Shown: one piece after another, positions 14,553 through 27,725 of the stretch
Numbering within the stretch: position 1 is the first letter of the stretch
How the letters are laid out: each line of letters starts with the position of its first letter
Assembly (NCBI RefSeq): GCF_041146345.1
Contig: NW_027191414.1
Span: 1,054,001-1,118,000, forward strand
Direction: 5' to 3'
Origin: Neodothiora populina
Lineage: Eukaryota
DNA length: 64,000 nucleotides
The notes under the pieces: model-generated
Databases searched by the model: none
Seen by the model: the letters and a program-made list of their open reading frames with translations, nothing else
What the model was told of the DNA's origin: nothing
Made by a program: the position numbers and the translations under genes

Positions 14553-16214
14553 ATGCGCTCTTCTCTCTTTTCCGCAGTGACTGCGGCGGTCGCTGCCATC
14601 ATGAGTGGATACACAATGGTTGTGGCCGACAAGGTTGTGCTTACTCCTTCAAACATCACCCAGTTCACAGACATGAGTGGCGCTGGCCCGATCGAGCTCT
14701 TGATACCTGAAAGTGCCGCTGATATGGAGGAATTCGCCTCTGTCCAGCCAATGTTTCCTGATGCTGTCTCAAAACTGCGCGCATGGGGTCGCGATGCTCC
14801 CCTACTGCATCTGACGACAGCAAACATCGGCAACCTTACAGACCAATGGATCGCCTATGTCTCCTGCGACACGGACATGTATCCTGGCAACTTAGGCCCC
14901 GATTTTGTCATGGATTCCGCACTCGCGGCGAACGTGAATGCTATACTGCTGTACAGCGTCGAGGCTGATTACTGCAATATCTCTCAGATAGACTCGGAGT
15001 ATCCGTTCATCTACTCGATGACTAGTGCGAACGCGTCGGAAGTGCTGCTGAGAATGGTCGATACCGCACCCCCGGAAGCCCCATTGCACGCGCGCATCTC
15101 CTTCGCTGACCAAGTCAACCAAGCCAACTCGAGTAATGGCAATGGAACTCTGAGTCCTCCGGGAACGAATAATAACTCGTCTACTTCGAATGGCTCACCC
15201 ACGACGGCGGTGGCGATGATCATTCTATATAGCATCACAGGCATCATCACCGCACTGTTCCTCTCTGTCATCATAACTGGAGCAGTGCGTGCGCACCGTC
15301 ATCCAGAGCGTTACGGACCCCGCACCGTGGCCGGAAGAGTGAGACAAAGCAGAGCAAAGGGGCTCGCCCGTGCAATGCTCGACACCATTCCGATCGTGAA
15401 GTTCGAAGACAATCGCGAAGCACCAAAGCCAACAGACGTCGAACTCGGCGACGGCATACATGCGGCCCCCGAGATCATAGGCGCGGACCATGCCAATGTT
15501 ATCGATGGAGACAAATCCGCGGGACAAAACCTACACACTGAAGTTGCAGCTGTAAGAAGACCGTCGACCGCATCAGCTCACTCTGGAATTGCTCCTGCTA
15601 CAAACGAGTTAGCGCCTGCAGCTACCGAATCAAGTGTCATCGATGAAGCTCCCGGCTGCTCAATCTGTACCGAGGACTTCTCGACAGGCGAGGATTTGCG
15701 TGTCCTGCCATGCGATCACAAGTTCCACCCTGCCTGTATCGATCCATGGCTCCTGAACGTCAGCGGCACATGCCCTCTTTGCCGTATAGACCTGAACCCG
15801 CAACGCGATGCCTCAGCCGGAGAAGGCGAGGACGCAAGTGGCCTGCCGCCACCCATCGAAGGCGAAGAGACCACGAACACTTCTCGGCCAAGAATAGGCA
15901 TGCGCCAGAGCTTCCTCATCGGTCTAGGTCTCGGACGTGTGCATGACACGACGAGAGAAGAACGCATCGAAGCCGTGCGACGCATCAGAGCGCAGCAGGC
16001 GCACTATCGGCAGCAGCGAATGCTCGCTGTCGAGGCTGATTTGGCAGAGGAGAGGAGCAGACGGCAGAGGTTCAGAGATCGCTTTGGTATCAGAACGCGA
16101 AGAGGTGGTCAGGAAAGCGAGGCTGCTGGTGATGCTGCTGCTGCTGCTACTCCTCCTACACCATCTGCTGACTCGACTACTGCGACCACGAACGAGCAGG
16201 ATCGTGCTACATAG
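14553..16214 (+). CDS. Membrane RING-H2 E3 ubiquitin ligase (signal peptide, PA-like luminal domain, TM helix, RING-H2)
   Basis: Hydrophobic N-terminus, [64 protein letters not shown]. Confidence 0.9.
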   Translation: MRSSLFSAVTAAVAAIMSGYTMVVADKVVLTPSNITQFTDMSGAGPIELLIPESAADMEEFASVQPMFPDAVSKLRAWGRDAPLLHLTTANIGNLTDQWIAYVSCDTDMYPGNLGPDFVMDSALAANVNAILLYSVEADYCNISQIDSEYPFIYSMTSANASEVLLRMVDTAPPEAPLHARISFADQVNQANSSNGNGTLSPPGTNNNSSTSNGSPTTAVAMIILYSITGIITALFLSVIITGAVRAHRHPERYGPRTVAGRVRQSRAKGLARAMLDTIPIVKFEDNREAPKPTDVELGDGIHAAPEIIGADHANVIDGDKSAGQNLHTEVAAVRRPSTASAHSGIAPATNELAPAATESSVIDEAPGCSICTEDFSTGEDLRVLPCDHKFHPACIDPWLLNVSGTCPLCRIDLNPQRDASAGEGEDASGLPPPIEGEETTNTSRPRIGMRQSFLIGLGLGRVHDTTREERIEAVRRIRAQQAHYRQQRMLAVEADLAEERSRRQRFRDRFGIRTRRGGQESEAAGDAAAAATPPTPSADSTTATTNEQDRAT

Positions 16215-16721
16215 TCTTGGCCGCTCGGAGCAGAGTACTCCCTCACCTTAGTGCTGGAAGAGAGCACTTTTCCTCATCTTTCTTCTTGTGAAAAGATACA
16301 GTTTGTTTCTCAGGACATAAATTTTTTTCCTCTTTCCACTTTCCTGGGTGGACTTTTTTCTTCTATTTAGATCTGCATTACGACTAACGGCGCTGGACAC
16401 CGGGATGGTGCCATGAGAATCACGCATGAGGGACTTTGACGAACGAAGACAGAAGAATGTATTTATCAGCAATGCGCATTTTTCACGGTCATTACGCTTC
16501 TTTGGAACATCATCAGATTGAACGATTTCCTTTTCCCTCTTTCGAATTGATCATATCAAGTGCTTTGACACACGAGCTACGCTTCTATGAGATATACTTG
16601 TGCAATGTGAGAATAAGGTGTGCAGTGATGTATGAACGGCCAGGGTGACCCACGTTTCCGCTTGCATTTAAGAAATTCATGGGTTCACCGAACATCCCGC
16701 TGACAAACATTGATACCCAGA

Positions 16722-16952
16722 CCTGGGAGGCAGTACTATTGAAAAAGTTTTCTTTCTCCTCTTCTACGTCTGTTCAATGACCTGATCCAGGCAGGACCGA
16801 AGTGACAGCGATAGCATTTTCACCTTAGCTGGAAGCCGAAGACTACAGAAGAGTTCTCACCTCCTTCTTCTCACCTCCTTCTGAATTTTCTTCAAAGGCC
16901 TATTCCAGCAAGACCGAAGTGGTAGCGACAGCAATTCTCACATTAACATTGG
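16722..16952. repeat. Degenerate tandem duplication, period about 106-117 bp
   Basis: GACCGAAGTGACAGCGATAGCA (16795) versus GACCGAAGTGGTAGCGACAGCA (16912) with alignable flanks and an internal duplication of TTCTCACCTCCT. Confidence 0.7.
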
Positions 16953-19900
16953 CATATTGTGTACTAGCTCCAGCTCCATTCGGACGGACATCTGTCGGTC
17001 AGCATGACTCCCACTTCTCCTAGTAGACTTTGTGAGACTGTTCGCTCAGCTAGTCAGTATCCATAATCTAATGCCTAAGGTTGATAGGCGCCACATCGCC
17101 GAAGGTCCCGAAGAGAGCGACCATTGAGTCTAGCCAGGCCCGGATGTAAGCCGGAAAGGATGCTGGACTCCCTGGTCCAGCCTGAGACTATACTCTTTTT
17201 GACAGGTCTATTGTGGAGAGTAGGTAAGGGCGTGGAAGAATCTGGAAATGGCAAGCGTAAGCAGTTCTGCTAGCTTTGCAGTCTCAGTCTTTCTCCACCG
17301 GTCGGGTCTAGCCACGAGATAGCTCAGGGAAGGGTTATACTCTGTCCCGGCTGTACCGGAGCGTTTCAAAAAAAGACTCCGTGTGGTGGCTGCATTGTTG
17401 TAAGCAAAAGTGTGGCCAGCCAAAGGCATGGTTTAGGAAAGCGGATGGCTTCGTGGACCAGTGCTTTGGGTAAGATTGAGAAAAGCCGTTTTCGGTAGCT
17501 TATATTGGTGTATCATAACGGCTCCACGAGGCGCAACCCAGGCTCTTGGATGCAAAGAGAATGTGGTGAGAACTGTTGACCCTGACTTCTCTTGTGGTCG
17601 ACATAGCAGGATCCTAGATAGTAGTGATCCACAGGAGTTCAGATCATGCCAGATTTTGGACGCGAGAAACGAAGTCGCTGTAGGAAAGGTCCTTGATTGA
17701 ATTGTGCGGAATGGGCAGTATCCGGCTTCAAAAATCACAAGAAGGCTTGTGTCATGAACCGGCACCGACCATCTCTCTAGATATCAGATCTCATTAGTGC
17801 TGCATGGATATACGTTATCCTTTCAGATGTCCAGAGGCTCAAAGTGTGAACGTTGTTACAGTGTGGCATTGATCGCTGCAGAAGCCCAAGATCGTGGAAA
17901 ATAGATCTCCTCGATCAACGGTGCTTTCATGTTATTATCTACATGTGGTGAAACGTTGCACCAGACAACGCCTCAACGCTCTGGATAGATCCTTCTATAC
18001 TCGATTAGTCAAGCCTGGGGACGCCACGTGAAGTCCATGAAGCTGCGGATAGCCCTCGATGAGACAAGTCCATTCATGGCATTCTCGATCGGACAACAAT
18101 AATACAGGTCTCGATACAAACCCGCTGCTTGTTTGGCTCATTGGTCCAAAAAGGGTCTCTTGAGGCTCTAGCCTAGCATAATTTCTCAGTGATCGTGGAA
18201 GAATAGACTGCTCTCGGTTACTATTCGAGCCGGTCTATCGCGAACAAGCCTGTGATGTAAGGACTGCGCGTTGTGAATGAATCGTAATCATGTTTTAATC
18301 CTCGATGGTTGATGTTAGAAAAGTCTGGGCAAATACGCGTTGTTGATCTATGAATCCAGACACAAGTGATGATCAGATGCGTACGTGGTCGACCGAAGGT
18401 GGACTAGCGTGGATCTTAAATATGGCTGCAGTAGGTGTGCACAGCCTACAGCCTTCAGCCATGTCTTCACTGGTCAATGGCTTATATCACACTCTAATGC
18501 CACACGACAAGTCCAACTGTTGATGGAGGCTGCCAAGCGCAGCCAAGGGCGCAAAGAAACTACAACGCTGGTAGACTCGTGGTTCAGAGGCTCAGAAGCT
18601 TGAGAATTCGTGTCTATGATGGCTTGCGATCGTCACTCGGTGACTGGGGAAAGGGCGGAGTCGGTATTGACGCATTTGCGTACGAAGAAGCGGGGATTAC
18701 AATCGGCCGTACAATGTCGAAAGTCGGACGATCCAAGGCCCGCTCAAGATTTCAGAAATTGCTGTGCTGTGAAGGTGTAATTTTCCTTTCCGACTTGTCC
18801 TATTGAGGCTTCGATCTACTCGGATATACGGAGCATACATGCCCGATGCGCATCGACCGACATCGCAGAATTATGCATCAAGACTCGACCCCTTTGCAGT
18901 GAAACCTGTAACCGTTCTTATGTCCGAAAACAGCAGTAGTCCGAACTTGGCGCTTGTTTCTCGCGAAGACGGCCAGAGCCCGATCCCGAAAGCGAAACAG
19001 GCAACACCTTTATGCACAAAGGGAAATATGAACGCCTTGAAGCCTATGCTGCTGCGCTCAAACTCAATTACACTCAAGGCAACTATACATGATACTCTGG
19101 GGAGTCATATTGCGAGTTAGCGGGGATCCTACGCGGAGAGTCATGGCTATTGTCTGGGGATGAGTAATGATTGTCAGCAAGGGCGTGCTATGTAAGACGA
19201 TATGTGTTTGTACTGTGTGATTTGTGATCTCTCACAAATCCATGGAGTCATAACGGAGGAACGGACTTTGATTCATCAGCTTCAGGAGGGTACAAGAGTA
19301 CCAAGGAGCAACACCGCTACCTTGAATTGGTGAGAAGACCGAGCACGAGAGTCACCGACTGTACCCCACACTGCATGCTTACTTAGCGCGTGTGCATCAT
19401 CAGGTCAGATCCATACGTGAACGGCCGCAGCAGCCGTCCGAGTCGCGGCGGAAGGAGTCATGATCCGTGCCCGGAGTTTGGGTCAGTCGTACTCTATTGC
19501 TCCGACGGTGTTAGCGGGCGCTTGTCTTGCCTGACAAAAGTTTAATATCGATGACAAACGGAACTAAAACAGTTCAGATGCACAACTGACGCCTGATCAA
19601 GAGCAGATTATTAAAGACTGCCTTCAGATCCGCCTAGTTGTTCGTTTCCTTCCATTACCAAACACAACAGACAGTTCCATACCATAATACAGAAGACACA
19701 GTCAAGCATATTCTTAGTATACCACTTATCACGACACAAACAAACACGACCAACATACTCGTCATCCACAAGCTTTTGGTTGCATCTTCGCGTCATCGTC
19801 CGATTGGCTATTGATCGGACCCTGAAATCGATTCTGCCATATTGAATCATCCATTGACTCACGATCCAAGTTCACTTGAATCTTTTTATACACACATACA

Positions 19901-20644
19901 ATGTCTTCTCCCCTACGACCACGTTCGTCTGCAATTGACATTCAATCCACACAATCATACTACCCCTCAACGACATCACCTGTTGCAAAGAAGCAAAAGA
20001 TGTCTCTTACCCAAACTTACTACATTGCCTCGACTGCCAGGACGAAGCTTGGTCGTGAGGCATCTCGCTCCGACCATGACTTGAGACTCCTTGTTGGTCA
20101 CGCAAACCTTCTTGATGTCCTTATGGTCGAGCTTCAGGATGCCGAGAAGGAACAGGAGGCCTGGTTCAACGACTCCATCCGCAAGAACAACAAGAGCGAT
20201 CAATCTCGCCATGTGCAATGGATTGACAGCATTGCCGAGGAGTACGAGGATGACTCGGACTCTGACTCGGACTCTGACATCTACGAAGAGGATGAGCCAG
20301 AGTTCACCATGTCACTTCAGCAATCAGAGTACACCGTCACCAGCAGAGAAATCGAGGAGGACGAGGAGGACGAGCTTGACTTCGAACTCCAAGATATGGA
20401 GTACGATGACGAGCACGCCTTGACTCGAGTCGATTCCCACCCCCCGGAGCTTGTTCACGAAGACTCATCAGACTCCGAAGACGAGTCAATGCCAACATCA
20501 CCGAACGAATCCGAGCTTGATTTCTCCCAATATCAGCCAACGCAACCCATCAAGACGACGCCTTATTCGCATAAGATAGATGAGCGCGAGCACTTTCGTC
20601 TCGCCAACTCGATACAGCAAGGGCCTATGATCAGCGCTTATTAG
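19901..20644 (+). CDS. ECM13: ECM13-like acidic protein
   Basis: YIASTARTKLGREASRSDHDLRLLVGHANLLD motif followed by an Asp/Glu-rich disordered tail; single exon, 247 aa. Confidence 0.78.
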   Translation: MSSPLRPRSSAIDIQSTQSYYPSTTSPVAKKQKMSLTQTYYIASTARTKLGREASRSDHDLRLLVGHANLLDVLMVELQDAEKEQEAWFNDSIRKNNKSDQSRHVQWIDSIAEEYEDDSDSDSDSDIYEEDEPEFTMSLQQSEYTVTSREIEEDEEDELDFELQDMEYDDEHALTRVDSHPPELVHEDSSDSEDESMPTSPNESELDFSQYQPTQPIKTTPYSHKIDEREHFRLANSIQQGPMISAY

Positions 20645-23600
20645 GCCATCTTTTCGTGACCTCTTCTGTACATTCTTCATCTATCTGAGCATTTAAGCGA
20701 ATCAAGCAAGCAAGCGTTGTTTCTATCTAATGTTATTATCAGAACGGGATATGGCAGCCACTGAGCGATGTGGTGGCGTTTTACTGGGAGTGGCTTTTTT
20801 CTTAATTCTTTGTCTTATACTGGGATCGAGCGCAGTTCGCTCTCCCCTCTCTTTCGATTACCGGATCTATACATACAATATTACCTCTACTCTATTGATG
20901 AAACACAATATTACAAACAAATCTCCAAACTTGAATTTTGCCCTCTTCATGTTGTGTATGTCCCACGTGCCTCTATCCCTGAGTGCGTTGGCCTTTGCTA
21001 GAGGCGTTTGTCTGGTGGCCGGAACAAAGACGACTCTGAGACACTGTTTCACCGCCTGCAATTGCTGCATGCATAAGGTACAAGTACACACCGCAGACGC
21101 GAGGTTTTGCGTCGTGCCGGCAACGCCGCGAACCCGTAGCTCCGGAAGGTTCGGGATTGTGATCTATCCACTCCCGTCCGCTCGAAGCGCATAATTGATT
21201 TACCACACAGGACGGACCATCAAATCAATCGCTACGTTCACCCCGCAAAAAAACCGAACCGATCACCTGCATGATCAGTCGTTTGTACGACGAAGCACAG
21301 AAGCCAGCGGGTGGAACGACTCTGCGGGATTCACTCCATTTGCGCCTGCCACTGCCACCACCATTTCCGCGCGTAGGTAGGATTGCTCATGAAGACATCA
21401 CATTATCAGGGTCCATGCCGTACAGAGCCGAGTAAGGGCAAAAAGGCAAAAGCCCTTCAGGATAATTTTCTGCTAGTTGCGCAATGGTGCTTCGCGTTTC
21501 GTAGGCGATGACGCTTTGGTATCGTACATACCAAACCACATGCTTGTATGTCGGCAGAGCCCCTTGAATTTTCTTTTCTTCTTCATTGCTCTACATGTTC
21601 TGGCTGACGAATCATTCGTCGTCCTCCACTGTACCCCAGGCTGCAATGCAAATTTTGCCAATCTTGTCTTCCAGAGACTTCCGAGCATTGTGTAATCACC
21701 TAACCTTAATTCATCATCGTCGTCACAAAATATTTTCTTCTACCTTATCCTCTTACTACCGGTGAGTATCGCAAAGAGCTCGGGGATAAGCAAAAAAATA
21801 TGTTTTCGTAGATGTCATGACTCTTTGAAGACCGCATCCTGGGACCATGTCGCCATTCTTTACCCTTCAGCACGTCCATCCCACAGTGCATTGATGAGAC
21901 TTGAGCCTCTGAAGACCCTGATAAGCGTGGAATCACAGTATTGTAAGCAGATCCATCTCATTTCGCTAGAAGAGATTTTTTTTTCTTCCTTCCACCAGAT
22001 CTCCGAAGGCACGCCCGAATTTGCTTTCTGCGGCTGTAATAGGATGATGATCCATACCATTTTCCGTTTGTTCATCTTACTCTTGGGTCTTCGCATATCC
22101 CTGTGCTCTGCTTGCACGGTGGATCGTAACGAGCACATGCTGTGCCTTGTTGTAAGGCTGTCGGCACATATGCACAACATGTAGAGATACGCGTCGAAGC
22201 CGAGTCCGAGGCAACTAAACTCCGTGCCCGAGCATGGGTTTCGTGCGAGGTCGGGTGCGAATGTGCCTACTATCTCCGTACTGCACATGTTTAATTTGTG
22301 AGCTGTCTCAGCGGTAACACCCCGGGGTTATACATATGTCAGTTACTGGATATCACTCTTGCATTAGTGTGGAGTGTTTACATGCAATAAGTGCTGTTGT
22401 TGGTGTGCTAGAACCTGCATATCCCGCTCGGATTCGCATCTTTTGTTCGAGTTCGCCCTGACTAGTGGACTCGCTTCGAGTCGGTCAACAGTGGGGGAGA
22501 ACGTCTGGAGAGCGGGCTTGCGAATCAGTGGCCTGTTTGTTTGTGCTAACATACAACCCAAAGAGGATGTTCAGACCCGCGCAGCACACGCCTGTACTGT
22601 ATACTGTAGCCATCAGGGGTAAGTGGTACGCATTGCTCTAGTCAGGCCATTGCCTCTTTGACGCCCTAGCTATGGTATGACTCTATCTCCAACGCATAAC
22701 CTTGCTGGCATGCTTGTCTTGCTACGGCAACACATGTCTTGGTGGAGTAGCACTAGCACAACGGCGGACATAAGCACAAATGCAGTATGGCGGACTTGGG
22801 AATCAACCACAGAGTTTCGTGTCTGATTAGAGTTTCAAGAGTCCCCCCGGGGTATCTTCACTCCACCGCAAGGGTTCACCGCCTAAGTCCGATATTAGCA
22901 CCGTGTACACCGGTGCCTACCCTGTTCTCACCTACACTTCCACCATTTACCTTGACCGGTAAGCGTAGCTCGTGCATGAATTTGCGACCATATTCGGTAC
23001 CATGTCAGATTCTTATCGTCACTTCATCTTGTACAACCATGCGCATTCCGATGCAGCGTCGCAGGCTCGTACGGCATGGGTTCGGCTTACTGTACCATTG
23101 CCAGGATGATTTTGTGGTTTGGCCTGACTCGTCTATTTTACTTGTCATGATCTCTTGAGATTCAAGGGATCATAGGATCATACTTTAGTCGCTTGTAGGA
23201 CCAATTGACTTTTCCTGCACACTGCGCCCTCCAAGGTACAAGAAAGATGACCCCTTAACCACGAACAGACGCGGCGCCGCCAACAGCTCTATTCTTGCGC
23301 TTTTAGTTTGGGCGATCCCGTATTCGAAAAGCGCAAATGTATCTCCAAACCTGACACGCCACCTCATACGAACAATATAGCAGGCGTCAATAGAAGGTCA
23401 AAAGAAACTAATAAGCTGAGGTAACATAGATTACAAGTACACTGAGAGGTGTGACGCACTCTGTAGGACCAACGCAATGTGCATAATATAAATCTCGAAA
23501 GAATGAAGAATGAAAACGCAGATACCACGTCGACCAATAGCTACTCCAGTGAAAGACAATTCTCCTTTTGAACCGACCGCATCCTTTCTAACCCCCTTGT

Positions 23601-26600
23601 CGCGCTACTCGTCGATCAGCCTTTCGTTTTCTTCAGCCCTGCGAGATTTCGTCGGCTGTACGTGCACACTTGCACTGCGCACATACACACCTCACTTTAC
23701 ACGACGAACGACGACGATGATCTCCCTTTCCCCGTTGGATATGGAGTGTGGCATCTTTTGCTTTTCCACGGATGAAACTACGGATAGGTAACCTTTCATA
23801 AATGGTCGCTTATACCATTGTTTATATTGTACGCGGCGATATCGGAGCGGGATGAGCCTCAGTCGAGTTTCACAAACTTTACTATACCCATACCTACTGT
23901 AGAGACCTTGCGGCATTGCTTATTTAACGCACAAAATACTTACAGTATAGCCGGTAGAGTGCGAATGCCACTATTTGAGGAATACGTGGTTCTACCATCA
24001 ACATTTGTTTTTCCCCATCCTCTCCTTAACCGACAGCCCGAACCAGATCACATAGCTCACAGCAAACCTATTATCACTGTGTAAAGATCCCGTTCCCGTG
24101 AAGACAAAAAGACGCGAAAGCAATAACTGAATACCGACTAATCTCACCTCCATCCATTTCTCTACCGTCGGGAAATAAGAAAGAACAAAGAAGGGGTCTT
24201 CCAGCAGAAAACAAAGTTTCGGATTCGCGAACCTCCACACCTTATCGTAGTACATGAGGTTACCCGAGGTTCCGGCGCAAAGGTACCTGAGCTTGTCACT
24301 TTTGCGCAAGGAAGGACGATCGAAGTGTACAGGATACAAGTCTTGTGTCCTTCATTCAGATACTTTACCTCACTGTGCAGTAGTAGCGAATTGGCATTTA
24401 GATCTAGTTGTACAAGCACATACTTGTCGATATGGGCGAGACGAGTCCGAGAGATGAGCGAAAGCGACATGAGAGAATCTATCTTTTGTTTTATGCTAGG
24501 TGCGGAGTTCTCTCCGTTCGGGGTTTTGGGTCGGGTCGTGATTTGTCTTTGTCTTGTCCTGTCCTGTCGATCTTGGCTGTTTCTTTCGCTGTGGGGTGTG
24601 GAAAGGATCGTACAGTAGGTAAAGTGAGCTAGTTGACGCATGATATTCGGATTTTACAGTAGTCTGGCATATCATGGCAGAGTGCAGTACAATGCAGTAT
24701 GATGCATCATCCTGTAGCATACTTTACCGTAGCCGCAGTCATAGCAGCGCTGTGTGATGAGTGACTTTACTCTGGTGACCTATCCTACAAGCGAAGCAAT
24801 CTACCGAATGATTTCCGAGAGTGAGAAGAAGGTCCTGATCACTGCCCTGTTGCTCTCGGTTGGTTGATTGATTTGTAGTGTATCACATCATCAGGTGCTA
24901 TATCGATAAAGTATCACTTATTACCCAAAGGTCTAGACATGTGACGTGGACTAATGAACAGAGTAATAAGGAACGGGGGAGTGATTGCCACGTGCGATGA
25001 CCTATCTCCATATCACCAATCAAATCGCTCGTCTACTCTACTGTTCTTGGGCTTCTGGTTACAGATACTCGGGATACGAGGGCTTTTTCCGAGTCAAACC
25101 ATCCTAGCTACCTTTCAGGATGAGTTACGCAAGACTACCCCTCGTGTGTTTTTCGGGTCTACAGATATGAAGGAGTATGGACAATGCCAGTCAATTTTTG
25201 AAATTCAAGGGTATGAGATATGAAAAGCCAGAAACTTCGCATAAACGACGAGGGAGTGCATGGATTATCAGAAGATGTCATTGAACACGAAGAATGGTAG
25301 AGATGGCTGAGCTTCCGGGTTAGCTCTACTACGCAGAACATACCTGCTGGCACGTGGGGCAAAACTGCGCATGACCAAGGGTGCAAATGCGTCCTGTCCT
25401 CCGGTCGTGTTCAGCTATGCTCTGTGTTGTGGATCCTGAGCCTGGCTTCTTCACGCACGTCAAGGGATGTTGTGTATTGCATTAGCCGGACGATACCAAT
25501 TCGGTACTTCCAGGGTATTGTGATATCTTGAGATCCCCATGATAGAACAGTACTTAGTGATAGCGTGGACTTACTTTCTCTGGACTTGATCTACATCCTT
25601 GTAGTCGTCGTCATAGTCGGGGGACTGAAGACTTTCCGGGATCCATCGAAATCCTTCGCATTGACAGAGCTAACGTGAAGATCTCGCAGTTCATCATGGG
25701 AACTTCGAGGACACAGAGCAGTGGAGGCAAGGGAGATCCCAAGGATATTAACGTGATGAGCGGAAGTGAATACCAACAGCGCGAAGATCACCTGTGTGCT
25801 TACGTGTGTCCATAGCTCCGGACCAAAACCACAAGAGAAGGTCTAGAATCAAAGGATGAGCGGCCCTGGACATAGAGCCTGTGGATACTTCGCAGAGACG
25901 GAGAGAGACAGACCGTCTCAGATATTTGCGTCATAGAAGGGTCAGCTTTCGACTGACTTTGACCCCGTGTCTTTGAGACACTTCGTTCGAGACCTACCTC
26001 ACGTTTTAATATTGCCTTCTGCCACCTCATCGTGGACCCTAGAGTGAGAAGAAGGGTCCGAGTGGATATTTCTTGTCGTACCCTCTTCACCACCGTCCCG
26101 ACAACAGCACAGTCATATGATCTGCGTGATCCGAAAATCTCAGCGATACCAGAACCAAGAGAAAGAGCCGCATCTCGGAATGCTATGACCTACTCTACTC
26201 TGACCCGGAAGCACGGTGTTTGTGCAATGCAGCACTCCGGAGCCGCACACGTATAGTATCGAAGGGGAGCAGAGAAATTCCAGGAGTGTCTCGTGAACAC
26301 ATCGTCCGTGGGTCGGTCGTGTCATACGCATGTTTGTTGGCAATACCAACCATCCGGCTGCCCGCGAATCGCTAGCTATGCTAGCCGCGGGTGTGCCTTA
26401 GGAGCTCGAAGTAAGCAATTGAAGTGGCAGGACGCACTGACGGACCCTTGCGGATGCCGGGTGAACGGCCACGGGTAGCAGAAGTTGATCGCGTGGATAG
26501 ACTCCCAAAACAAGATAGATGAAGGCGAGGTAAGGGTCTAACATGAGAACGATCATGTCTGGAAAAGCCTTTTTCTCTTGTCTGGTGCTGCTCGAGTCGG

Positions 26601-27725
26601 GCTAGCGGATATAGCGGGAATGCAGTGGAAGCGCGCGTGACAGGAACTGGATAGCAAAATCAGGAAAGGATTCGAGGTGATAAATTAGTAGAGAGACGAC
26701 AGAGAGACCGAAACGCGGCAACGACGGCAATAGCGACTGCGATGGCGGGGGTGGATACTTGTGAATTGACCATTTCCATCGTAGATGAGGTCCGGAATCG
26801 ATCTCTACAGTGCTGTACTACTTGATGGCGCTCTTGATTTGCGGACTTACCAGTGCACTGCACAATACATTCGGACTGTTTTGGTAACTCGCGTATTGGA
26901 TTACTTGAAAGTGTGGGAAACCCGCGAAAGCAATCCGAATAATCTTACATGCACGGACAAGTATCGTAGCACATGCCAAAGAGCAACAACAAGCAGCACT
27001 ACCAACGTCAGATTACCGTACATACCTTAGTTTATCTCGATCATCTGACCAAATGTAGAAGAAGTCTCCCTGTCTTACTGAGCCAGCGTCTTCAGGTCCA
27101 AGTCGCATGGCTCCACACAATTGTCTTAGCTGTCGACTAGAAATCGCACCCAAGGCTTACAGGTAGGGTTCAATAGTGCTCCAGACCCTCGGATGCCAGC
27201 GGAATGATGCGTGAGTGTAAGAATGACAGTAGCATGGAACACTGGATGGATGTGATGGCCATACGAAGTACGTCAAGAACATAGTATATTGTGGGATGGA
27301 ACAGGGCAGACATCCAAGTGTGAGGTACCTTCTCTTTCATGGTAAGGCAACCGAAACTACGAACCATGACGTGGAGAGAGGTCTGCGAGTGATGTAATTT
27401 GAAGTGGGCATGACAAGGTAACGTTGTAGGTACTGTAGATCACACGAGGGCAATATCATGGGCAGCTACAATACAAAAGGCATGTGATTGTGGCAGGGCG
27501 GGTGATGTCTCGTATACGCAGGAGCAAGGATTCGAGGCTCTAATGGTCAAGTGTATTTCGACAAATTCAATTGGCAGTAGATGCACGGAAATATACAGCA
27601 AGTTAGAGTGAACCGAGGTGAAGAAGGGCAGCATTCTCGGTTGGGTTTCGTACAGTATGGGGGTATGCTTTTGAGATGAATAATTTACAGAGAAGATTCG
27701 ATGCTAAAGTCTACTATAATTCCGC

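Noticed and set aside
16250..19100. Short ORFs in the gap as transposon remnants
   Set aside because: No transposase, RT, integrase, TIR or LTR signatures recognisable.
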